Notes under the pieces: model-generated
What the model saw: the letters and a program-made list of their open reading frames with translations, nothing else
Databases searched by the model: none
Told to the model about the DNA's origin: nothing
Program-made: the position numbers and the translations under genes
Part shown: positions 1 to 12,082 of the stretch, piece by piece
Position numbering within the stretch: position 1 is the first letter of the stretch
Layout of the letters: every line of letters begins with the position of its first letter
NCBI RefSeq assembly: GCF_963921235.1
Contig: NC_086097.1
Span: 90,088,001-90,152,000, forward strand
Reading direction: 5' to 3'
DNA length: 64,000 nt
Source: Mobula hypostoma
Taxonomy: Eukaryota

Positions 1-52
1 GTATGTGTGTGTGTGTGTGTGTGTATGTGTGTGTGTGTGTGTGTGTACGTGT

Positions 53-88
<36 letters not shown>

Positions 89-158
89 ACGTGTGTATGT
101 GTGTATGTGTGTGTGTGTGTGTGTGTGCGTGTGTGTGTGTGTGTGTATGTGTGTATGT
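1..158. repeat. (GT)n microsatellite, imperfect
   Basis: Direct GT/GC/AT dinucleotide run; ORF 7..279 (CVCVCV) is an artefact of it. Confidence 0.98.
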
Positions 159-270
159 TATTGTAATTAACAGGTTTTCTGTTACTATGCATTACAATGT
201 ACTGCTGCTGCCAAGTCAACAAATTCCACGACATATGCTGGTGATATTAACTCTGATTCTGATTCTGATC
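159..270 (+). mobile_element. 3' tail of Rex1/Babar-like LINE
   Basis: TGTACTGCTGCTGCCAAG..ACAAATTCCACGACATATG ending in (GATTCT)n; same tail at about 51040-51107 and 63955-64000. Confidence 0.7.
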
Positions 271-1074
271 ACAGTATGAAGCAGTGTACTTTTTCAATGA
301 AGGGCAAGAGAAACCACAACACCCTCCATATTTTCCTACAAAATCCTCAGATAGAAGAAAAAAAGAAACCAATATTGTGACCTAATCTAATCGCTTCAGA
401 ATTCTGGGCAGCGTTGGCATACAGTGGCCTTTTTAGCCTGCCCCACCATCCAGTATGGTCATAGCTAATCTGCACCAGGCGTCCACACCATTTTGCTGGC
501 AAGATAACACCTCCTGCCCAACTTTAGTTCTTGGCCAACTCATTGTGCATTTAAGTGCCAGCTGCTCTGGAACAGGATTGGAGCCACTTCTGGGGTCAGT
601 CAGGTCAGGATGGCAGGTTGACATTTACAAAGTCAAGGCTGACATACCAGCAGGTCAGCACTGTGAACATGCTACGCTCTCGGAAATACCAGCCTTGAAA
701 TTACATTGTGTGGTGTTGATTTTCCAGCGATGTATCGCTGAAAACTGATCTAGCAAGATGTAATAGGCAGTCAGGACCACGGCTAGGTGGCTTCAGTTCA
801 TTCCAGAATTTGAACCAAACTTCCCAATGAGATTCACCGTTTCACACCTGGAATAATAACTGTGGTAGTCATGCATGGTATCTAGTTGTTCTCAATGCAA
901 CATTACAAGATAAACTAAAGCAAGCTGTCAAAGGAGAGACAGTTTGTCAATCCAGAAACAATTAGATTTTAATAATGCAGTTTTTAACACCTGGAATATA
1001 CAGGAGAATCATTTCGTCCTAGCTACTCAACAGAAAAACAGGCTCTTCCATGTGAACAAGATGTTTATCCAAGG

Positions 1075-1447
1075 TAGTCCCATTTGCCTGAATATGTCCT
1101 GTATCCCTCTAAATCTTTTCTGTCCATGAACCTGTCCAAATATCTTCTAAACATTGTCATTGGACCTGTCTCCATAGCTTCCTTTGGTGCTTGTTTTGCT
1201 TTTTGCTTTCACTCTTGCCCCTCACCTTTCTCCTCTCACATTGAACCTGTCCCTTCTACTTTTAGGCTCCCCTACCATGGGAAACAGGCTGTGATTATCT
1301 ACTCTGTGGCCCTCATTATTATACACAACTCTATAAGGTCACTCCTTGGCCTCCTATGCTCCAGGAAAACAGGCCTAGTCCCTCCTTATAACCAAAACCC
1401 TTCAGTCTAGGCAACACCCTTTCTAACTTCATCACATCCTTCCCACA
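1075..1447 (-). mobile_element. Degraded CR1 LINE 3' fragment
   Basis: Collinear by eye with the CR1 3' end at 60311-60740. Confidence 0.55.
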
Positions 1448-1454
1448 GTGCAGG

Positions 1455-1720
1455 GCTCACTTTCAAGAACTCTTCATCTCATGTCCTCGATATTTATTGT
1501 TTATTTATTTATTTATTATTATTATTATTTCTTTCTTTTTGTATTTGCAAAGTTTGTTGTCTTGTGCACGCTGGTTGATCACCCAAGTTGGTGCAGTATT
1601 TCATTGAACAGTTATTATTCTGTGGATTTATTGAGTATGCCCGCAAGACAATGAATCTCAGGGTTGTATATGGTGACAGATATGTACACTACTTTGATAA
1701 TAAATTTACTTTGAACTTTG
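1455..1720 (+). mobile_element. Rex1-like LINE 3' UTR
   Basis: Ends GATAATAAATTTACTTTGAACTTTG; matches copies at 5170-5375 and 48756-49020. Confidence 0.75.
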
Positions 1721-1739
1721 CAAACAATACTCCATGTGT

Positions 1740-2112
1740 TTCAGAATCAGGTTTAATATCACTGACATATGGTGTGATATTTGTTGTTTTGCAGCGGAGT
1801 AATATATTAAAATGTACCATAAATTATAATAAGGAATACATATCAAGAAATTAAATTCAGTAAGTAGTGCAAAAAGAGAGGAAAACAGTAAGGTAGGGTG
1901 CTCAAGGGTTCATTGTCCGTCAGAAATCCGATGGTGGAAGGCCGGAAGCTATTCCTACTATGTTGAGTATGTGTCTTCCAGCTCCTGTACCTCCTCTCTG
2001 ATGGTAGTAATAAGAGGAAAGCATGTCCAGGGTTATGGCTTGTACAACTGTAAGCATGATGCCCCAACTCTTGTATTTCCTGCGACGGCTGATGAAAGCA
2101 AACATGCCACAC
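1740..2112 (-). mobile_element. Rex1-like LINE 3' fragment, tail-to-tail with previous
   Basis: LLLPSERRYRSWKTHT..RNSF C-terminal motif, (GATTCT) tail. Confidence 0.75.
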
Positions 2113-3171
2113 ACATCTACACCACCATGTCCACCTGTGCCTCCTTCACCATCCAGCTTAAGTGCTCATGTAATTCCAATATTTACTTTGGAGTTTCCAA
2201 CTGCACACCAACTCTATTGCCACTCATCCTCCACCCACCACTCTTCCTCCCTCTGCTTCATGATCCAAAAAGCCAGGTTGCCCAACTCTACTATCTCCTC
2301 AGCTCCTCTCCATCACCTAAGACACCAGTTTCCAATTCCAACACTGAGCCCCAACTATTCCAGTCCCTGGATAGTCTTGATCTCCAATCCCCAGCCCCAT
2401 GACACCAATCTCCAATCCATCCAGTCTTGACCTGCCACTGCCCAAAGCCCTGTGACTATATTAGGCCTTAATTCTGAGCAGTTTACCCCACTCTCTCAAC
2501 TGATATCACTCAGTACTGATCATTTTTGTTTGTACTTGCCCAGCCCAGCCATATCCAGGCCATTAGCCTCAGTCACTGACCCAGCACCTGGCCTTGACTC
2601 ACTCACCTCGCAATTCCCTCATCTTACCTGATACCATCCCTGTACTTGACCTTGGGCTGCAGTGAGCCAAGTGCTATTGTAACTTGCAACATCTGCCGCA
2701 CAATTAAAACAGCCATAATCACACCCATTCAATCTGCATTACCAGAATTATCTTTACAGATGGTAAACCATCTGACCTCTTAAGGGAATGTTTGAGATTC
2801 CATTGCACTATTATGGTAAACATCTAACAATAAACCAGTAGAATAGATTATCTGATTATGAATCTTACTGTTGTGTGGAAACTTGTCGTGTGGCTGCTCT
2901 GCTCCCCACAATTCAACAGTGGCTACATTTCAAAAAGACTTAGTTGTCTGCGATGTGGTTTTGGAAATTCCGGCACCACAAAGTAAACAGAAATTAGGGA
3001 GTTGGGTAAATTTTATTCACTCAGTCATTCCACAGCCCTGCCCCTGTCTTACACTTCCAGATTTAAAATGAGTTTAAATTCAGCAAAAGCTGCTTGAGTG
3101 CGATTTCTCCAGAACATGGGGGAGGCTGTTCGAAGATGGATGGTTTAATTTAGATTGTCAGTTAAGTTTAG

Positions 3172-3449
3172 ATGGGTGCCATGGTCGCACCGTGGTTATT
3201 ATTGCTCGGGGCATCGGAGTTCGGAGATCAATTCCAGTGCCGTATGTAAGGCATGTCTGTCCATCCTCCCCATGGAATGCACGGGCTTTTCCTGAGTGCT
3301 CCAGTTTCCTCACACAGTCCAAAGATGTACTGGGTGGGTTGATTGATCATTGTAAATTGTCCTATGGTTATGGTTAATCAGGTTCAACAGGGGTTGCCAG
3401 GGTGACATGGCCCACGGGGCCAGAAGGGTCTTCTCCACGCTGTATCATT
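3172..3449 (+). mobile_element. V-SINE (HE1-like)
   Basis: V-domain TCCTGAGTGCTCCAGTTTCCTCACACAGTCCAAAGATGT, degenerate tRNA head. Confidence 0.75.
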
Positions 3450-4268
3450 TGTGACGACAAACCAAGTTATCAGAAGATTGATGCTGATGAGAGAGATAAG
3501 TGAGACAATGGAGAAACATTCCAAGTGCTAATAAGAGAGAAGAGAGAGATTAATGAGAAAGAAACACATTTCAGATATAGACAGACCGGTTGCTTTGAAC
3601 CTGAACTGGTTGAAGTTTGATAGACAGGCGATACCCCAGCAGGGGGATAAAAAGAACAGGTTCACTAAGGCACGACACACACCACGAGATCACGAGATAA
3701 CGAGACCCTGGAAGAGCGGTGTGCCCCCACAAGTTGGTGGGAGTTTGGAGGTCTGGTTCGAGGGAACCGACCATAGACTGACAGGGTGAAAAGGTACGAT
3801 CGGCGGGAACCTGGTGTGTGTGTCCACCCTTGCCTGGGTGCCGGGTTCACTGTGGAAGAACGGTCGTATCCGGAATGGAGGGGGCACAGTCGGTGACCAC
3901 AGAAGACATAAAAGGGTTTGCCCGAAAGCTAACTGCGAAGAACATCAAAGGTCTGTTTGAATCAAAATTTGCATTCTCTCTCTCCAACAGCGATTACTGC
4001 GAACTGTATTAAGCTGATCTGAACTCTGCGTCACTTGAGACTGATCATTTTACCCTTAGACTGCGATAGAGCTTGGTTGATTCCTATTACCCTAGTTCTG
4101 TGTACATTTGTGTTTTATCATTGCTAACCTGTTGCATTTACATCCTTACGATTAGAGTACTGTGTTACTTATTTCTTAAATAAAACTTTATTAGTTTCTG
4201 TTAAACCAAACTCCAACTAAGTGGTCCATTTCTGCTGGTTTGGCAACCCAATTACAGAGTACAGAACA
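3450..4268 (+). mobile_element. Solo LTR-like element
   Basis: TGTGAC...GAACA ends, GATAAAA TATA-like box near 3646, AATAAA 4179-4184; no clear TSD. Confidence 0.6.
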
Positions 4269-4717
4269 CGCTGAATAAAATAACGGAGAAAATGGCTCCT
4301 TCAGACTAACTTCTGGGTTTTACTGAGAGGTAAGCACTTCAGGAACAAGGCTGGAGTATTAAATATGCTAATGAGGCAAGAAACCTTTGACTTAACTTAC
4401 TTTCCGTGGTTTAACATGTGTGCCTGAGTACCTCTGGCCTCAGGAGACCTGACAGCTGAAGCAAGGAACATGTAGTTTCAGAGAGAAGATGTTTTTCCAT
4501 GGCTCCTTATAATCTGGGAATAGCAGGGGTAATATACCCCCCTTCTGAAGCTTTCAACCCGCCTCCTCAACCCCATGAGAAACACTCCCCGGCCTGGGAC
4601 TGAGACATGGCAGCCCTAAAAACCACAGCCCACCTCTGTACCAGTCATGAAACTGGACTCCACAGCATGAAGAGGACTGGAGACCTCCTGCATTTCCCTA
4701 CAAGACACTCCATTTAC

Positions 4718-5375
4718 ATTCAAAGTTCAAAGTAAATTTATTATCAATGTACGTACTGTATATGTCACCAAATACTACTCTGAGATTAATTTTCTTGCAG
4801 GCATTCACAGTAGAACAAAGAAATACAATAGAATCAATGGAAAACTACTATATTCTAATGTAATTGCTGTAATGGAAAATCCTACAAAAAGTAGTAGATA
4901 CAGCCCAGTCTATCACGGCTAAAGCCCTCCCCTCCATTGAGCACATCTACACAGAGAGCTGTCACAGGAAAGCAGTATCCATCATCAGGGACTCACACCA
5001 TCCAGCCCATGCTCTCTTCTCACCGCTGCCATCACAAAGGAGGTACAGGAGCCTCAGGACTCACACCACCAGGTTCAGAAATAGTTATTACCCCTCAACC
5101 ATCAGGCTTTTGAACTGGAGGAATTAACCACTTATCTTCACTTGCCCCATTACTGAACTGTTTCCACAGTCGAAGGACTCACTTCAAAGGACTCTTCATC
5201 TCATGTTCTTGATACTTATTGCTTTTTTTTTTCCTTTGGTATTTGCACAGCTTGTTGCCTTTTAGTTGTGTGCAGTCTTTCACTGATTGTATTATGGCCC
5301 TTGTGATTTACTGAGTATGCCCACAAGCAAACAAATCTCAGAGTTGTATATGGTGACATATTGTATATGTACTTC
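4718..5375. mobile_element. Two Rex1-like 3' fragments in opposite orientation (4718-4850 minus, 4870-5375 plus)
   Basis: CAAAGTTCAAAGTAAATTTATTATC tail on minus; KAVSIIRDSHHP..RRYRSLRTHTTRFRNSYYP coding on plus. Confidence 0.75.
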
Positions 5376-6317
5376 GATTTCTTTGTTCTGCTGTAGATCC
5401 TGCAAGCAAATTATTATGTGTTATTTGGCGACGTAACCCAGCCATGTAAGTATCCACGACACCACCCTTGTCCCTCCTCCTGTCTGGTCTACTTCCCATA
5501 ATGCAGCAACCTGAACTTCAGTCTATCGATAATGGGCTCCCAACACTGCTTCGGCAAATGCAAAATCTGGTGAACCTCACTACTCCCTAATGATCAAAAC
5601 TGTTGTGGCATCCAAAGCTCTGTGTCGCAAGGGGGGGAGGGCAAGAAGTTGTAGACAATGCATCTTTCACTGGTTCAACATCCCTCAGTGAAAGGACTTA
5701 CTGTAATTTTCTGTTATTATTAGAACAGCATCACTGGGTCAAAGGATGATGACAGCCTCTTGTTCTGAAAACACTCACGCCAAACAATTTCTTGGTTATT
5801 TCTAAAAATGAGCATGACTTCAAGAACTGACAGAGAAACTGAGAACATATTCCTTGCGAAAAAAAAACATTGTGTGCAACAAGTGCACCTTCCATTGATA
5901 TACTGCAGAGTCAGATTTTGGCAGGAGTTCTGGCACTTTCCAACATAGTTACAGGCATCACGAATTCCCAACTGTCCTCCACTGCTGTCTCCAAGTGGAC
6001 TCTCTACTACTCCCAAAATCTGCCCTCAGGTCTTGCACCAAATTAGACCTTGCACAGGATCTGTAAGCCGAGTTGTTTCGATAACTGCCGGAGAAGACAA
6101 AAAAAAGTTGCACTTTTTGTTCAATCATTTGTGTTAGTTTTAATGTTGGTAGAGGTATTTTAAATGCTGATTTTTTAAATGAATTTTAATGAATTATTTT
6201 TGAAGCACTTATATCACTTTTGGAATAGTTCTTAGATGTTTATGTCAGTGATGTTATGACATTTGCAGTTGGCAAACAGTCAAGCTAGCAGTAGAAGAAT
6301 CCATTACACCATTGCCT

Positions 6318-6813
6318 ATATCATCTGCGGCCCAAGGGGAATACCAATGCCTAGATGACTGTCTTGCCCTATGGATTTGGAGCTGTGTAGTTCAAAGCAA
6401 CGGGGAACACAGGCTGTGAGAGTAAGCAGCATGTACCACTCTACAAAATTTATACCCTTGTACCCTTGGGTGACGAGGTGGACATAAGTCTCTACCAAAG
6501 GAGGTGTAAGGTGCTCCTTCCCACCACTAGCCTGCAGGTCATCCTTGGGCAAGGTGTAGCACCTACTTAGCTCCCAGACCAGGGTCATGTGAATCCATGG
6601 GAGCAGGTCGTGGATGGTCGTCTGAGCAGCTGGTGCATATCACAAGTCCTGGTTATGCGACCACTGACACCAGGCAGACAATCTCTGAAGAGTAAAGACA
6701 CTGCCCAGAAGAAGGCAATGGCAAACCTCTTCTGTAGAGCAATTTGCCGAGGACAATCATGTTCAAAGACCATGATTGCCCACATCACACGATATGGCAC
6801 ATAATGATGATGA
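6318..6813 (+). mobile_element. Non-autonomous RTE-X-related element
   Basis: GAAGAAGGCAATGGCAAACC motif (also at about 62775-62792 minus), terminal MIAHITRYGT* like the RTE-X end at 62930, (TGA)n tail. Confidence 0.6.
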
Positions 6814-7516
6814 CCTCAAATGAGGGAAAGCATTACTCCACAGCAAGGTGATCAGACAAAATGGAGTAGCAGTATAAATGAAATGATATTAGGAAGTGTA
6901 ACCAAAACTTTGAGCAAATATATACCTGACTGAATTGTTTAATTGTCTGTGCTTCCTGCTTCTGCCTTTGTTCCTGGAACTTTATTAGATTTGACACCAG
7001 AATTAGAAATTTCAGAGTTAAAAGTGACAGGGAACACAGTGTCAATCGTCATTTAGAACATAGAATCTTACAACACAGTACACACAGGCTCTTCAGCCCA
7101 CATTGTTGTGCTGCCCTTTGCATAAAGGAATTCCAGCTCTCTACTGCTCATTGCTATTAGAAGTACTTCATAATGGCGCTCCTGGTTCAGTGCCTTCTAC
7201 TTCTGGAGAGATATGCAACACATAGGCTTTCCCCTGTCCTCCTTAACTGTTATCCTAAATATATAGAGATCACAGATTAACCTTCCAAATTTAAGGTAAT
7301 ACACCAACTATTAGTGTTAGGCTGTTCTGGAGTTAGGGTATATAACAAATATTAAGTTCGACGGTAGGCATTCTTCAGATGTGAACGTGGGCTGCATATG
7401 GAACAGTAGTTTTCCAGGAGCTGTGGTCTGAAGTCGATATCAAACCAAACAATGTTGATTAACATTCATTTTGGGTGTCAGGAGTGTGGAAGCGAAGAAG
7501 GAGGTGTGAAACTATA

Positions 7517-8384
7517 CTGAAACCCCATTATAACGCGATCGTTTGGGTCCATAAAATGTCATCGCGAAAAAAGCGGGGTGGCTTTAAATCAGGGTTGTTG
7601 TTACTGTAGAAATAAAAACGCAAATTAATTTTAGTAAAGCTTTTTAATACACAAAACAACAAATAAAAACATCCAAGAATATTAGCAATCATCAATTACA
7701 GTTTATTTCTTAAAAAAGTGATCGAGTGTTCCTTGCTCGAACGTAGAATGTCACTGGCTGCGAGGGAAATCTAGAATGCTTCTGAGTTGGAGGTTTTTTA
7801 TGTGGTGCACCTCCTGGGTCTCCAGCCAATGGAGGCTAGCCTCAAGGTGTTCAATGGCTTCAGACACTTTTGGGGGTGGGGGTGGAGGCTGTACGTTATC
7901 ATCTTCTTGTGGCTCGAGAACGGGTACACTTGCCTCCGCCGGTGCTATAGTTACGTTACGGATGATCTCGGCATCCGTCAGGTGCTCATTTGTTGGGCGT
8001 TCGTCGTCGGCAGAGTACCACTGATGTAGCTCTTCTTTGTTCCAATCAGACAGCTTCTCTGCCTCACACACATCTTCTGACACTAACACTTGAGAAATCC
8101 CGTGACAGTGTTTAAACCAGTCTAACCATCCATTGCTAGCTTTGAACTGTGAGGTTTCTCCATTGATCTGCTTGTCAAAGTTGTCAGGGTAGGGAGAGAC
8201 CCTAAATGATAGGAGAAGACTGGAGAGGGAGGGATGAAACCAAGAGCTGGGAAGTTGATTGGCAAAAGGGATACAAGGCTGGAGAAGGGGGAATATGGAT
8301 TGACATGGACATGGAGTCCAATGACTCATCGTGTTATATCCAAATTCATATTAAATCGGGGCGCGTAAAATCGGGGTTTCACTG
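7517..8384 (-). mobile_element. Internally deleted Tigger/pogo DNA transposon
   Basis: TIRs CTGAAACCCC / GGGGTTTCACTG, TA TSD, empty site at 10395-10410; ORF 7751..8329 has FKASNGWLDWFKHCHGI (CENP-B HTH) fused to the C-terminus, no DDE. Confidence 0.88.
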
Positions 8385-8759
8385 TATATGTAATTCAAAG
8401 GAAGCATTGTAGATACATTGTAACTATAGAATTGTCCTGCTGTTACCTTTGACCTTTAGCATATAAAAATGTTATGTAATATCGGGTCAAGAGGCTTCTT
8501 CTTGCAAGGGCATTGAGTAAAACACTTCTGTGTCCACTAGCTTCAGTGTCTCTATGGTGACTTTGCTCACATTACAACATTTGGCGCCTCATCTGGGATA
8601 TATTTGTGATCCATCGTGTGGTCAGCTGTCTAAGTGGGTGAGTATTTTTAAAACTAGCACTTACACTTGGATCTGTTCAGTTTGGAAACTACTGGATCAC
8701 GAGGTATCACAAACACAGCGGAGAGCAGAACTAGTAGATGCGAAAGTATTGTGGGGTGG

Positions 8760-8801
8760 GTGTGTGTGTGTGTGTGTGTGTGCGCGCACGCGTGTGTGTG
8801 T
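8760..8801. repeat. (TG)n microsatellite
   Basis: Direct. Confidence 0.9.
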
Positions 8802-9384
8802 TTGTTTATGTAAGAGACTAAACGTTTGTGTGTTAATTTATGAGACGGGGTCACCAGTTACAAAAGGGGGTTACTGACCATTTGGGACGCCAATGGGGTG
8901 CATGTATTCTCCTTCGGGGAATATTAGCAAGTGCGTTTGTGTGTTTTAATAATAAGCCTGTAACCTTGCAGTAACAGATTCAAATGCAAAGGATCACAAC
9001 AGGCATTATGGTCAGACACACATAAGTAGCAGATTGCAGAGTACATACCCTGTGGTTTTAAGTGTGTACTGTTTAATTTTTATCCATCATTTATATTTTG
9101 CATAGAGTGGGAATTAGTGTAGAGATATTTGAGAGAGCTTATATCTGTTAGGATGGCACCAGTTGAGGTCAGGGCAACGTCAGATTAAGAACCCTGATGA
9201 CCTTAGCCAGCCTTGACCTTGATTACAACCATCTATAAGGACTTTGTCAGAGTTGCCCTCAGTTAAGGCCACTTGCGGGAATGCAGAATTCTGGTGTAAG
9301 CTCGAGGAAATGATTGAGATTCACCAGATGCACCCTAAAGGTATACATGTGTTGGTAAAAGCAAAGTGCTCAAGGAATATGTGG

Positions 9385-9893
9385 GGCAAATCGAGTGTGG
9401 AGGAGCAACATCTTATACTCCGTTTGGGTAGCCTCCAACCTGATGGCATGCGCATCGGTTTCTCAAACTTCTGGTAGTGCCTCCACTCCCCCCGCACCTC
9501 ACCATTCCCCACCCCATTTTCCCTCTCTCACCTTATCTCCTTTCCCACCCATTGCCTCCCTCTGGTGCTCCTCCTCTTCCTTTTCTTTCTTCCATGATCT
9601 TCAGTCCTCTCCTATCAGATTCCCTCTTCTCCAGTCCTGTATCTCTTTCACCAATCAACCTCCCAACTCTTTACTTCACCCCTCCCTTCATCCCAGTTCC
9701 ACCCACCACCTGGTGCTTCTTTCTCCCTCCCACTTTCTGACTCTGACTCCTCATCTTCTTCCCCAGTCCCGATGAAGGATTTTGGCCCGAAATATCGACT
9801 GTACTCTTTTCCATTGATGCTGCCTGGACTGCTGAGCTCCTCCAGCATTTTGTGTACGTTGCTCGGATATTCAGTGCCTGCACACTTTCTCTT
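9385..9893 (+). mobile_element. Penelope-like element 3' fragment
   Basis: EEQHLILRLGSLQPDGMRIGFSNF* end of GIY-YIG ORF, pyrimidine-rich tract, decayed hammerhead at 9764-9801. Confidence 0.85.
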
Positions 9894-10514
9894 GCTTGTC
9901 CTAAAAGAGAGCCAAGTGTGAGAATCACTCGGCAAAGCAGGCAGAATCCATCACAGCATCTTCTCTTTCCTGTCTGACTGCCAGCCATTTTATAAAGCTG
10001 GTGAGGACGTTGCCCATGATGGTCATTTGCAGGTGTACTCGAGGCTTATGAGGGGGCTGGCCGTGCAGGAGGAAAAACCATGAGGGTGGAGAAAGTCAAC
10101 TCAGGTACTTGAGATTGAGGGAGAGCAGCTTCCTGTAGGGTTTTGGGATTGCCCAAACAATGAAGGTACATAGACACACAGGAGGTCCAACAGTTAGGGC
10201 ATATTCTGGAGTTAGGGTATACAGCAAATATTTACTTCCCCAGCAACCAGTCTTCAGACATGAACATAGATTGTGTAGATTGAATTTAAAATGCAGCCCT
10301 GAACAGAAGCTTTCCTGCAGCTGGGCATTGGATTTGATTGCAAACCAGACGGTGCTGATTAACATTCATTTTGGGTGGGTGTGAAGAAGGAGGTGTGAAA
10401 CTATATGTTATTCAAAGGAGGCATTGTAGATACATTGTAAGTATAGAATTGTCCTGCTACACGCACAACACCCTAGAGGAACTCAGCAGGTCGGGCAGCA
10501 TCCATGGAAACTAT

Positions 10515-10552
10515 CAGTCAACGTTTCGGGCTGGAACCCTTCATCAGGACTG
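10515..10552 (-). ncRNA. Minimal type I hammerhead ribozyme motif (PLE-associated)
   Basis: CAGUC-CUGAUGA-A-GGG(UUCCAG)CCC-GAAA-CG-UU-GACUG: stem I, core, stem II, palindromic ACGU in place of stem III. Confidence 0.75.
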
Positions 10553-10816
10553 AAGAGGGAAGGGGCAGAGGCCCTATAAAGGAGGTGAGGGGAGGGTGGG
10601 AAGGAGAAGGCTGGTAGGTTCCAGGTGAAAAACCAGTAAGGGGAAAGATAGAGGGATGGGGGAGGGAAAGCAGGGAGGTGATGGGCAGGAAAGGTGAAGA
10701 AGGAATAGGGGAAAACACAATGGGTAGTAGAAGGAGGCGGAACCATGAAGGAGGTGATAGGCAGCTGGAGGAGGGGGCAGAGTGAATCTGGGATGGGGGA
10801 AGGGAGGGGGAGGGAA

Positions 10817-11143
10817 TTACCGGAAGTTGGAGAATTCAATGTTACTGACAAGGGGCTGGAGACTACCTAGATGGTATATAAGGTGTTGCTCCTCCAACCT
10901 GAGTTTAGCCTCATCATGGCAGTAGAGGAGGCCATGTATGGACATATCTGAATGGGAGTGGGAAGCAGAGTTGAAATGGGTGGCTACGGGGAGATCCTGT
11001 CTGTTTTGGCAGATGGAGCGGAGGTGCTCAACGAAGCGGTCCCCCAATCTGCGTCGGGTCTCACTGATGTAGAGGAGACCACACCGGGAGCACCGGATGC
11101 AATAGATGACCCCAACAGACTCACAAGTGAAGTGTTGCCTCAC
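10817..11143 (-). pseudogene. PLE GIY-YIG endonuclease domain remnant
   Basis: FTCESVGVIYCIRCSRCGLLYISETRRRLGDRFVEH...VATHFN. Confidence 0.9.
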
Positions 11144-11436
11144 CTGGAAGGACTGTTTGGGGCCCTGAATGGTGGCAAGAGAGGAGGTGTAGGGACAGAT
11201 GTAGCACTTATGCTTACAGGGATAAGTGCAGGGTGGGAGATCATGGAGAGGGACGTGTGGATCAGGGAGTCGGGGAGGGAACGATCCCTGTGGGAAGCGG
11301 AGAGGGGTAGAGAGGGAAAGATGTGCTTAGGGGTGGGGTCCTGTTGAAGATGGTGGAAGTCGCGGAGGATAATGTGCTGGATAATGAATTATCCTGCTGT
11401 AACCTTTGATCTGTAGCATATGTGAAACACTTATAC

Positions 11437-12082
11437 ATTAGATTAGATTAGATTATGAGGACATACAGTCCTCTTTTATTGTCATTTAGTAATGCATGCA
11501 TTAAGAAATGATACAATGTTTCTCCAGAATGATATCACAGAAACACATGACAAACCAAGACTGAAAATCTGACAAAAACCACATAACTATAATATATAGT
11601 TACAACAGTGCAAAGCAATACCGTAATTTGATAAGAACAGACCATGGGCATGGTAAAAGTCTCAAAGTCCCATCATCTCACGCAGACGGTGAATCTCCAG
11701 CGCTGCAAACTTGCCGATACAGTATCCCAGAAGCATCTGACCACAGTCCAACCCCGAGTCCGTCTGAAAACTCCGAGCCTCCAACCAGCTTTCCGACACC
11801 GAGCACCAAGCGCCATCTCTGCCGAGCGCTTCGACCCCGGCCCCAGCAACAGGCAATAGGCAAAACCGAGGATTTGGGGCCTTCCCCTCTGGAGATTCTC
11901 TATCACACAGTAACAGCAGCAGCGAAGCAGGCATTTCAGAAGTTTCCCCAGATGTTCCTCCGTGCTTCTTCACATCTGCCTGCATCAAATCAGGATTGTG
12001 CACGGCATCCTACTTCACAGATACGATATCATTCGGAACGGCCACGCGTGCTGTGTCGTGCCACCATCTTCTCCTCCCTCCC
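11437..12082 (-). mobile_element. Non-coding LINE-derived element with (TCTAA)n tail
   Basis: Same family as 33559-34182; starts GGAGGAGAAGATGGTGG on minus. Confidence 0.75.

Larger units (their letters stand above)
10459..11385 (-). mobile_element. Penelope-like element, 5'-truncated
   Basis: GIY-YIG ORF; TSD GAATTGTCCTGCT 10446-10458 / GAATTATCCTGCT 11386-11398; empty site at 8428-8445. Confidence 0.92.

Noticed and set aside
7..279. Cys/Val-rich ORF
   Set aside because: Translation of a (GT)n microsatellite
433..748. Overlapping ORFs in unique-looking sequence
   Set aside because: No recognisable domain or convincing splice-site pair
1971..2430. 143-aa and 135-aa ORFs
   Set aside because: Start in a Rex1 fragment and run into C-rich low-complexity sequence
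10033..10104. Possible 72-nt exon (ttgcag..gtactt), VLEAYEGAGRAGGKTMRVEKVNS
   Set aside because: Weak donor, unrecognised peptide, no partner exons
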